A stretch of DNA of 15,742 nt from Thainema sp. GTDB lineage: Bacteria; Cyanobacteriota; Cyanobacteriia; Phormidesmidales; Phormidesmidaceae. Where the stretch lies: positions 1 through 15,742 of the forward strand of contig JBQLZK010000106.1 in the NCBI GenBank assembly GCA_052168235.1, written 5' to 3'. A program made the position numbers and the translations under genes. Position 1 is the first letter of the stretch. Each line of letters begins with the position of its first letter. Positions 8,063 to 15,703 of this stretch are shown piece by piece. The notes under the pieces were generated by a model, which worked only from the letters and a program-made list of their open reading frames with translations, was not told the origin of the DNA and did no database searches.

Positions 8063-8477
8063 AATCATGCCTCCTGTGGAGTTGGGGCGCATTTGTGGCA
8101 CCATCAATTATTCAAAAAAGCGAGTTGAAATTGTCTTAATTTGTAATAACTGATCGGCCAAAAATGTTGTGTGATAAACGGATTACTAGTCGGATTTGGT
8201 ATCAGTTGTTTTGACAAAGATTGTGAATATTCAAGCGACAGAAGGCGATAGAACTGAAGTGGTGCTCAAACAGTGATGTCAAAGCATTCTTTCAGCCGTC
8301 AGACCAATGTGAAGAAATCTGTTGAATTTAGAACAGCTTAATCTTTCCCTTGTGAAGAGATCTGTCTGACTGTTGCGCCTTATCTATTAGGATACGTGCG
8401 CAGCACTTGAAATCTTTAGGCTCAGAAATCAAAGTTTACAGCACTTCTCGTGTTGGAAGAGAAATACTCTGATGCAC

Positions 8478-8609
8478 CAGGGCAGTTTCATTATCACCAA
8501 AGAAAACTTCGAAACCACAATTTTACGTATTTGGTAGGGGCGAATGGCCATTCGCCCCTACGTAACGCCAAGAGTTTCAGATTCTTTGATAAACCATGAA
8601 ACAACCCTG
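8478..8609. mobile_element. 132-bp MITE with ~10-bp TSD containing a GTAG-type REP palindrome
   Basis: TIRs CAGGGCAGTTTCAT (8478-8491) and ATGAAACAACCCTG (8596-8609), 12/14, extending imperfectly inward. Flanks TCTGATGCAC (8468-8477) and TCTTATGCAC (8610-8619), 9/10. Confidence 0.8.
8534..8561. repeat. REP-like perfect palindrome with GTAG/CTAC ends
   Basis: GTAGGGGCGAATGGCCATTCGCCCCTAC is a perfect 28-bp palindrome; terminal GTAG is the hallmark of RAYT-associated REPs. Confidence 0.85.
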
Positions 8610-8645
8610 TCTTATGCACCGCAATTGGCTGAGAAATGCTGTGGT

Positions 8646-11633
8646 TTAGGTATTCACAAACGTATTGGCAGTCTGTTCTTGGCCGTTGACAATTGACCAG
8701 AAGCGCTCATCGTTGACGACCTGGCGGAAATCGGGGTCAACTTTGGGCTGCTCCTTTAAGCTCGGATCAAGTGCCAACACCTTGCGGAAGGTTTCCGCTG
8801 AGTCGCGCCCTTGACCTTGGATGGCGTAGCAGGCCGCCTTGTTATAAAGCGTGCCAACTGCCTTTGGCTCAATCTCTAGCGCGTGATCAAAGCTCTCCTG
8901 CGCCTCGTCAAATTGCCGCTGTCGCATCAGCAATTCACCCCGCTTATCCCAGGCTTTGTAGTAGTCCTCTTTCAGATCAATTGCTCGTTCAAAGGATGCG
9001 ATCGCATCGTCGTCTCGCTCCAGAACTTCCAGCGACAGGCCGCGATTCAGCCACGCCACTGGATCATCGGGTTTGGCCTGCACCGCTTTCTCAAAGGACT
9101 CAAACGCGTCCTGCGATCGCTGCAAAATGCCCAGCGCCACGCCGCGATTCACCCAGGCTTCATGGTAGTCGGGGTCGTACTCCAGCGCTTTCTCGAAGGA
9201 TGCGATCGCATCGTCGTAGCGCTTCAGGCGACTAAAGGCGACGCCGCGATTCAGCCAGGCTTTCACGTCGCTTTCCTTGAGCTGCACCACTTTCTCAAAG
9301 GCGGCAATGGCTCCCTCGTAGCGCTTTAGATCCATCAGGCAGACGCCCCGTTGATACCACGCATCCAGGTCATAGGCCCGCAGTGCCAACACCTGATCAA
9401 AAGCGGCAATCGCCTCCATGTAGTCGTTCAGTTCACGCAGGGTCAGCCCTTTCTGATACCAAAGTTCGGGGCTTTCCGGCAGTAGAATGAGGGCTTGTTC
9501 ATAAGCTGCGATCGCATCTCGGTAGCGACCTTCACTGAACAGTGTGTTGCCCTGCTGAACGGCTTCTTCGGGGTCAATAAAGAAGTGGGGATAGTTGGCC
9601 TGTACGCGATTCACTCGTCCGGCCACGTCGTTTAACTTGGTTAGCAGTTCAGCAATAGCATCCTCGGCAATTTGCGTTGGCGAAATCTGCCGCAGTTGCT
9701 CCAGAATCCGCGCTTTCTCGCTGTCGGCGGAGTTGGCGACCTCTGAAAGCTGAGTTTCCAGGGTGCTTTCCAGCTTGGCCAGATTGGCGACCACCTCGTC
9801 TTTACGGGTGACGACTGACTCTTGAATTTCGTAAAGCTGCGAGGCAATGGTGCTGCGAATCTGCTCCAGATCCTCAAACGTCATATCGCGCCGACCTTCG
9901 AGCGAGGCTTGCAGTTCGGCAATTTGCGCCTGGGCATCGGCCTTCATCTGCTCCAGCGATTGGAACGTCTCTTCCCGCTGGCTGTCGAGGGTTTGCTGGA
10001 GTCCACTCAGACTATCATTGGCTTCTAACTGAAGCTGCTCAAAGATTTGCAGCACCTGGCTTTGGCGCTCATCTAAATGAGTCTGGAGGTCGCTGACCTG
10101 ATCGGCGGTTTCAGACTGCAAGCGGTTCAGCTCTTGCAGCGTCTGTTCTCGCTGGGCCTGCACCCGTGCCCGCGATTCTGCTACCTGCGTGGCAAAGTCG
10201 GTTTCAAGCTGCTGAATTCGCTCCAGCGCCGACTCACGCCGCATCTGAATTTCCGTCTCGGCTCCGGCCATCTCTGCCGTGATTTCGGTGCCAATTTCGT
10301 CCAGCCGCTGAATCGTCAAATTCTTGCGCTCTTCGGCCTTCTGCTGCGCCTGCTTCTCCAAATCCATCAGCTTGGGCGTAAAGGCAGATTCCATCTCAGT
10401 CAGCGCATGGAGAATGTTATCCCGATGCCGCTCCGATTCGGTTCGCAACGCCGCCAGCCGCGAGGAAAACTCATTTTCAGCAATGCCCAAACGGTCGAAA
10501 ATCGAGGACTGCTGTCCCCGTGCCTCCGCTTCCAGCTTGGCTAGACGGGCGGCAAAGTCAGACTCCGCCTGCCGCATCCGCTGCACAATCCCGTCCCGGT
10601 GATTCTGCACCTCGGTTTGCAGCGTTGTCATCTGCGGCGTAAAGTCTTCCGCCATCTGATCCAGCCGCTGCAAAATCAAATCCTGCTGCTGCTGAGCGTC
10701 TTTATGCAGTTCCCGCACCTGGGCCAGAAACTCAGACTCCGTCTGATTCAGCCGCCGCAGAATTTCTCGCTGCTGATTATCCACATTCGATTGATACTCG
10801 CTCAACTGCGGCGCAAAGCCTGCCGTTAGCTGATCCAAGGTTTGCAGTGCCCGATCCTTACGGGTTTGTAGCGACGCCTTGATATCTTCCACATGCTGAT
10901 CCAGCCCTTCCTCAAATCGCCGGAAGTGACGCAGCACATTTTCTCGTTCCTCTGCAAGCTGCTGCTCAAACTCATTGATCTGGGGCGAATAATCCGTTTC
11001 GATCCGCTTCAGATTGGCCAAAAATTCATCCCGCCGCTGCTGTGCGATCGCATGTAGATTGCCAATCTGGGTGCCAAAATCGGCAGTTTTCTCCTCAATC
11101 GCCTTACGAAAACTGTGGGATTGCTTGTCCAGCTCCGTCATCCGCCGCTGCTGCAGATCCGAAATCTCTTTAATGATCTGGGCCAGCTTTTCCCGCTTCT
11201 CCGTCGTTTCGTCATGAAACAGATCGGCTTCTTGATGAATATCCTGCGCCAACTGATCAGCTTCCCGCAGAAGCGATCGCACTTGCTTATTGGCGCTCAT
11301 GATCCGATTTTCCAGATCGGCCATCTCGTTTAAATGGGTCGCCACAATATCGGCCACTTCCCGCACCACTGCTCGCCGCAGCAGCACCAGTGCCGCGATG
11401 CCACCTGCCACCAACACGGCCAGCACCACCAGCATGATGTTAAACAGGGTGGTGGTACGCGACAGATTCCGCAGTTGCTCTAGCTCAGCAGCCTCTGTAT
11501 CGGTCACAGTTTGAGCTATAACCGGATCGGTTGAATTGGCAAATGCCCGCGCGGGCAGATCGGCCAGCCACAGGAACAACGACAGGAGCAATCCTCCTGA
11601 AAGTCCAGTCCAGTTTGACGGGGTGCGCGTCAT
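8646..11633 (-). CDS. Membrane-anchored coiled-coil/TPR protein (995 aa)
   Basis: Signal-like N-terminus, TM helix (LFNIMLVVLAVLVAGGIAALVLL), ~15 tandem 29-aa helical repeats, ~8 C-terminal TPRs (e.g. AWLNRGVAFSRLKRYDDAIASFEKALEYDPD). Confidence 0.92.
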   Translation of the reverse strand: MTRTPSNWTGLSGGLLLSLFLWLADLPARAFANSTDPVIAQTVTDTEAAELEQLRNLSRTTTLFNIMLVVLAVLVAGGIAALVLLRRAVVREVADIVATHLNEMADLENRIMSANKQVRSLLREADQLAQDIHQEADLFHDETTEKREKLAQIIKEISDLQQRRMTELDKQSHSFRKAIEEKTADFGTQIGNLHAIAQQRRDEFLANLKRIETDYSPQINEFEQQLAEERENVLRHFRRFEEGLDQHVEDIKASLQTRKDRALQTLDQLTAGFAPQLSEYQSNVDNQQREILRRLNQTESEFLAQVRELHKDAQQQQDLILQRLDQMAEDFTPQMTTLQTEVQNHRDGIVQRMRQAESDFAARLAKLEAEARGQQSSIFDRLGIAENEFSSRLAALRTESERHRDNILHALTEMESAFTPKLMDLEKQAQQKAEERKNLTIQRLDEIGTEITAEMAGAETEIQMRRESALERIQQLETDFATQVAESRARVQAQREQTLQELNRLQSETADQVSDLQTHLDERQSQVLQIFEQLQLEANDSLSGLQQTLDSQREETFQSLEQMKADAQAQIAELQASLEGRRDMTFEDLEQIRSTIASQLYEIQESVVTRKDEVVANLAKLESTLETQLSEVANSADSEKARILEQLRQISPTQIAEDAIAELLTKLNDVAGRVNRVQANYPHFFIDPEEAVQQGNTLFSEGRYRDAIAAYEQALILLPESPELWYQKGLTLRELNDYMEAIAAFDQVLALRAYDLDAWYQRGVCLMDLKRYEGAIAAFEKVVQLKESDVKAWLNRGVAFSRLKRYDDAIASFEKALEYDPDYHEAWVNRGVALGILQRSQDAFESFEKAVQAKPDDPVAWLNRGLSLEVLERDDDAIASFERAIDLKEDYYKAWDKRGELLMRQRQFDEAQESFDHALEIEPKAVGTLYNKAACYAIQGQGRDSAETFRKVLALDPSLKEQPKVDPDFRQVVNDERFWSIVNGQEQTANTFVNT

Positions 11634-11883
11634 TCGCCTCTCCTTGGAGTCACGGTTCGTTGGCTAGGGGTTGGTGATGAGCTATTTTCGCTTATCTAGC
11701 CTATCTATATGCTGATCTATTTTAGATTCACATGTAGATTCACAACCCTCTGTCCATTGTCTCAAGATTACTCAAAATCCGGCGAGGCTGGTCAGTTTTG
11801 ACACGTCTATTTAGCTAAATTAGGGGAAAAGACAGCAGTTGCTTAGCTGAATCAGCTAGTCTAACCTACAGATGCCTATGTGA

Positions 11884-11974
11884 TACCAATCCTTTGTGAA
11901 GCTGCCCTGAACAAGGGGCTTAAGCCCCTTGTTATACAAGCGTTTGTTCTGTTTATCTTCAATTTGGATTGGTA
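11884..11974. mobile_element. 91-bp MITE-like element with 3-bp TGA flanks and internal perfect palindrome
   Basis: TIRs TACCAATCCtttgTGAAGcT and AtCTTCAatttGGATTGGTA, 15/20. TGA at 11881-11883 and 11975-11977. AACAAGGGGCTTAAGCCCCTTGTT (11910-11933) is a perfect 24-bp palindrome. Confidence 0.75.
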
Positions 11975-12006
11975 TGAGCGGGATGCCAACGGGATATGCG
12001 ATAAAG

Positions 12007-12107
12007 CTCACATCTTGCACCAAAACCCGAAGAGGGCATTGTGCCGCCGCATTGCGACGGCACAATGCCCCTTCTGGGTTCTTCATTTGCAAAGTGCAAG
12101 ACATGAG
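12007..12107. mobile_element. 101-bp MITE-like element with internal GC-NNN-GC hairpin
   Basis: TIRs CTCACATCTTGCAC (12007-12020) and GTGCAAGACATGAG (12094-12107), 12/14. Stem 12034-12050/12054-12070 is 16/17 with loop ATT, extendable to 12024-12080 with bulges. No clean TSD (ATAAAG vs ATAAGA). Confidence 0.7.
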
Positions 12108-12162
12108 ATAAGACCGATTTAATACTTACAGCATTAATTGGGCAAGAAGAGGGAAATTGGGG

Positions 12163-12474
12163 ATGAAGTCCCTTGCAGATATCCAGCAGCAGTTACGAGC
12201 AGGTGCGTTTGAGTTTTCCAGGCATGCACTAAAACGGGCAGTCGAACGCAACATTAGCGACAAAGAGATTAAGCAAGTGGCAGATAAATTAGAAATCATT
12301 GAAGATTATCCAGACGATAAATACTCACCCAGTTGTTTAGTTTTGGGGTTCACGGATACCCAGCGAGCTTTACACCTACAAGTTTCTCGTATGGAATCGG
12401 ACACGGTAAGAATTATCACGCTCTATGAACCTGATGAAGCGGCTTGGATCGACTACAGAATCCGGAGGTCATAA
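12163..12474 (+). CDS. DUF4258-type protein, putative toxin
   Basis: FEFSRHALKRAVERNIS, IIEDYPDDKYSPSCLVLG, LHLQVS, IITLYEPD...W are characteristic of DUF4258; ATG at 12163. Confidence 0.85.
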   Translation: MKSLADIQQQLRAGAFEFSRHALKRAVERNISDKEIKQVADKLEIIEDYPDDKYSPSCLVLGFTDTQRALHLQVSRMESDTVRIITLYEPDEAAWIDYRIRRS

Positions 12475-12716
12475 TGTTTAAGTGCAATGTTTGTGGTTCA
12501 GTGGAATCAAAGACAGAATACGTAACTGAAGTTTTCCACATTGATGACAAATTTTATTTAGTTGAAAATATTCCAGCTACCGTATGTGCCAATTGTGGTG
12601 AGGAAGTTTTTAGCCGAGAGACAACGGAAAATATTCGCGAAATGCTGCATGGGGAAACGCAGCCAAATCGATCAATTTCTGTAGACGTGTTTGCATATCA
12701 ACAAAACGCTTCTTGA
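12474..12716 (+). CDS. YgiT-type zinc finger protein (MqsA N-terminal-like), putative antitoxin
   Basis: CNVCG...VENIPATVCANCGEEVF (two CxxC). TAATG stop/start overlap with the upstream gene; SD GGAGG at 12464-12468. Confidence 0.87.
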   Translation: MFKCNVCGSVESKTEYVTEVFHIDDKFYLVENIPATVCANCGEEVFSRETTENIREMLHGETQPNRSISVDVFAYQQNAS

Positions 12717-12744
12717 TCGGAAGTCACCCGAATTGGCCGCTGGA

Positions 12745-13863
12745 TTAATTTTCTGTTCTGGGTGCTAAAGGTTCAAACTCAAAAACATAAAACGGTGGCT
12801 CACCTGCCTCAACACCTGCATTTAGAGGAGCCGACAGGTGCAACTGATTGGCAACCGCATAGATCGTCTGACCATCTGCCGAGAACTCAAAATCATCGAC
12901 CCAGCTCAGGCGCGGATCTTCAATCAGGCGACGATACTCACGATCAGGAGTGATGACGCCGATCGCGTTGGCGGATAGTTCACCCAGATAAATATTTCCA
13001 GCTCCATCCATCAAAATGCCATCGCACATCGGTTTGTCGGCATACTTCTCAACCCGTTCAGCCAACTGCGTTGCACTTAGCGAAGCGTCCGTCAAATCCG
13101 CTGTTCGCACCCGATACAAACTGGTGCCGTGAATCGAGCCGTAATATAACCATTCATTGTTGGGATCAAGTGCGATCGCATCTACGCCAACATTGGGCCG
13201 CTGATAGGTGCGCTCCGGCGTGCGACTCAGTAAGGGATTGCCTTCTACAAACAGATCAATCGGCTCTGGGGTGACGCTGTAGTGTCCTTCCAGCAATCGT
13301 CGCGCCTCACCAGTTTCCAAGTCCACGACGATCAGCGCTGCGTTATCGCCACCTGCCGGATCGGTGATAAAAGCGGTTTGGGTGGTTTCGTCAATGCGGA
13401 GGTCGTTGATGAACGATCCTGGTGGTGTGGCGTCGGCTAGGGAGATGGTTGTGTAAAGTTCATCGCTTTCAGTGTTCCATCCCACGAGCTGCGGTGGTCG
13501 ATTGCTGCCCATTGCGTTGTCTAGAATCCAGACGATGCCGTTGCTATCGCTGAGGATGCCCAGAACACTGCTAGTCACGGGACTCTCTGCACCTTGGGGC
13601 AAGAGGGGCGAGACACTGCCGTTTTGATATTCAGCAACCGGATATTCCGGGTTATAAAACTGATGCAGCGACATCACGACCTGGCCATCTGGAGTCACGG
13701 TCAAGTTACCAGGAGCCTGCTGTAGTTCAGCAAAGACCTCTAACGAATCGACAGGATTTACAGGGGTCTGTCCGAAACCAGAACGGGCAGTGCTACCAAT
13801 GGTCAATAAGCTGACTGATAGTGCCAATAGTGTTGATAGTGCGATCGCAGATAGTCGGGGCAT
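12745..13863 (-). CDS. Secreted major royal jelly/yellow (L-dopachrome tautomerase-related) beta-propeller protein
   Basis: Signal peptide; PGNLTVTPDG, VWILD, FINDLRID, AFITD, ALIVVDL.TGEARRLL, DAIAL, KPMCDGI, LSWVD, NQLH. Confidence 0.82.
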   Translation of the reverse strand: MPRLSAIALSTLLALSVSLLTIGSTARSGFGQTPVNPVDSLEVFAELQQAPGNLTVTPDGQVVMSLHQFYNPEYPVAEYQNGSVSPLLPQGAESPVTSSVLGILSDSNGIVWILDNAMGSNRPPQLVGWNTESDELYTTISLADATPPGSFINDLRIDETTQTAFITDPAGGDNAALIVVDLETGEARRLLEGHYSVTPEPIDLFVEGNPLLSRTPERTYQRPNVGVDAIALDPNNEWLYYGSIHGTSLYRVRTADLTDASLSATQLAERVEKYADKPMCDGILMDGAGNIYLGELSANAIGVITPDREYRRLIEDPRLSWVDDFEFSADGQTIYAVANQLHLSAPLNAGVEAGEPPFYVFEFEPLAPRTEN

Positions 13864-13917
13864 TATGCTGGGGCAAAGAATAGAACAACGGCACTTTCAT
13901 CTTCTGGGTTAAACGCC

Positions 13918-14334
13918 TTATGGGTCAATCCTTCTAAAGCCTGAATCAATCTCTGCATCTGATTGATTCGGTTCATCTGGTTTGCTCGGTTTATTGGATG
14001 TATCTACTAGTCCGAACCAACTACGCAAAGACTGCTCCAGTTGTTCTGCATCTTGCGCAGATAACTGTCCGATAACCTTCAACACTAGACGTTTATGTAC
14101 CGTATACACACCACGCTTTACAGCAGTTTCCACATTCAGACCTGCTTCTGACCACTCAGCAAGTATGAATTCTCCCTCCAGTAAGGATTGAGTTTTACTA
14201 GTTAAAGGTGTAATCAGAAGATCATCAGAGGGATGTGAATCACCAACCACAACCGCAGGTCGAACTTTTGCACTTGAAAGATCAGAAAATGGATAGCGAA
14301 CTAGAATGACATCATGTTTAGAGTAATTCGGCAT
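13918..14334 (-). CDS. MazF/PemK family toxin (endoribonuclease)
   Basis: DVILVRYPFSDLSSAKVRPAVVV, LITPLTS, AGLNVET, VIGQLS. The ATG at 14334 overlaps the antitoxin 3' end by 17 nt. Confidence 0.9.
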   Translation of the reverse strand: MPNYSKHDVILVRYPFSDLSSAKVRPAVVVGDSHPSDDLLITPLTSKTQSLLEGEFILAEWSEAGLNVETAVKRGVYTVHKRLVLKVIGQLSAQDAEQLEQSLRSWFGLVDTSNKPSKPDEPNQSDAEIDSGFRRIDP

Positions 14335-14515
14335 AGATATCATCCTCAGTGTTGTCCCACACCGTATTCAATGATGACTGACTCGCCTGTAACCAAAATT
14401 CAGCTTCATCATCAGGAATCAGGGTGACTAACACACGAGTTCCTTCAGGAAGCTCGGCAGATTCAAGAAGTTCTATTTTTCCTTGGCGAACTGTAGCCCA
14501 AAGTGATTTCAGCAT
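14318..14515 (-). CDS. Putative antitoxin cognate to the MazF/PemK toxin
   Basis: 65 aa; N-terminal ATVRQGKIELLE...LPEGTRVLVT (swapped-hairpin-like) and acidic C-terminus WDNTEDDIY; directly upstream of and overlapping the toxin. Confidence 0.8.
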   Translation of the reverse strand: MLKSLWATVRQGKIELLESAELPEGTRVLVTLIPDDEAEFWLQASQSSLNTVWDNTEDDIYAELL

Positions 14516-14590
14516 TCTGCACGCTCCAAAATTAATGCACTTTGATCTGATGCCTTTATTCAGTAGGACATCCTGCGTATTCTAAGTTGA

Positions 14591-15703
14591 TTATGGAAGT
14601 AGATGCGGTGGGACGTATTGAATGAGTTCAGTCGCAGGTATACCAAATTTATCGGCTAAATCGAACACGTTGTTAACAAAGTCTGTACCTGTGGCGATGA
14701 AAGTGGCAGCGATGCTGAAGGCAGAGAGCAGACTGATGAGTCGGCGTTTGATGCGGTTAGGTTCAACAGTAGTGTTGGGAGTGGTAAGGTCACGTTTTAG
14801 ATCTTCAATCTTTATTTGAAGATCGTCACGTAGATCTGTAGAGAATTCCTGAGCTTTCTCATAAAGTGAATCGATTAGCTTGGCGATATCATCTGCGTTT
14901 TGACCAATGGTTTGCGAAAACTGAGAAGCATTTTGACTAGCATTGTCGCGCATTTGGTTGGCAAAGTTAGCAATCGTTGAATTTTGTATGCTGTTATTAA
15001 ATTGATCTCCTGACACGTTTGTTGTCTCCACATTAATAACTGGCCTAGTGGTTTGATATTTAATAATTTCTATAAGTTCTGTACTTTTCTGTTTATATAT
15101 TTCAATTTCACGATCTTTTGCATTTAATTCTACTCGATACTCAGTTTCGATTAACTTAAGCTTATATTTATATTCTTTCTCAAGTTGGCTTTGTACAGTT
15201 ATTTCGTCTATATTTCCAGATACTTCTATACGAATGACAAAATCGCCATCGTTTTTTCGCTCAATTGCTTGAATAGAAATTTGGTTATTGTATTGAGAAC
15301 GTACTTTTTCAAAAGATAAAAAGAATGCTTTCCAATCAATGCCATCTACAAAAATAAGATCGACTGTTTCTTTTGCTTGTTGCAATAAAACAGCAAATTC
15401 ACCTGGAGCAAAATCGGTATCGGGATTCCTGGGACGACGTTCACTTAGCAGATATTTTTCCTTCTCTGAAGAAGTTTTGCATTCTTCATAGAAGTAACTG
15501 CAACTTATCTCTTTGAGAATTGTTCCACTTATATTGCAATCTTGAATACATGCACCTGTTAATTCAGTAGAAGTTAAATTACTATTTATTATATTTGAGA
15601 TACTTATAATAGCCTCACTAAGATTAACTCTGCTAAGATTGGTCTCATTCAGATAAGTTCCAATAAGCTTGGCTTGGCTTAGATTGCTTGGCTCTTCTGA
15701 CAT
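14591..15703 (-). CDS. Pentapeptide-repeat-containing protein, possibly N-terminally truncated
   Basis: Degenerate A(N/D)LXX repeats (SNLSQ AKLIG TYLNE TNLSR VNLSE), LTGACIQD, RRP...FAPGEF, TVDLIF.DGIDWKAF, coiled coil, N/Q-rich segment, helical C-terminus. Confidence 0.75.
   Translation of the reverse strand: MSEEPSNLSQAKLIGTYLNETNLSRVNLSEAIISISNIINSNLTSTELTGACIQDCNISGTILKEISCSYFYEECKTSSEKEKYLLSERRPRNPDTDFAPGEFAVLLQQAKETVDLIFVDGIDWKAFFLSFEKVRSQYNNQISIQAIERKNDGDFVIRIEVSGNIDEITVQSQLEKEYKYKLKLIETEYRVELNAKDREIEIYKQKSTELIEIIKYQTTRPVINVETTNVSGDQFNNSIQNSTIANFANQMRDNASQNASQFSQTIGQNADDIAKLIDSLYEKAQEFSTDLRDDLQIKIEDLKRDLTTPNTTVEPNRIKRRLISLLSAFSIAATFIATGTDFVNNVFDLADKFGIPATELIQYVPPHLLP

Larger units (their letters stand above)
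2163..13848. repeat. Dispersed HIP1 octamers (GCGATCGC)
   Basis: At least 19 copies counted by eye, at about 2163, 2853, 3165, 3238, 3783, 4389, 5753, 6179, 7380, 7642, 7668, 8998, 9114, 9202, 9508, 11044, 11273, 13172 and 13841. Confidence 0.9.

Noticed and set aside
8108..8467. Canonical NtcA or CRP site upstream of the Nif11-like gene
   Set aside because: No GTA-N8-TAC or TGTGA-N6-TCACA found by eye.
8771..11514. Many plus-strand ORFs antisense to the TPR gene (similar shadows lie over ftsI and the amidohydrolase)
   Set aside because: Shadow ORFs expected from the codon bias of the real gene.
58..12107. CRISPR array or integron attC interpretation of the hairpins
   Set aside because: Hairpins are dispersed and non-identical, with no regular spacers and no cas or integrase gene. 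They lack consistent RYYYAAC/GTTRRRY ends and mostly flank core genes.
11856..12122. Three overlapping ORFs of 60-82 aa
   Set aside because: They run across two palindromic MITEs and read similarly on both strands because of the palindromes.
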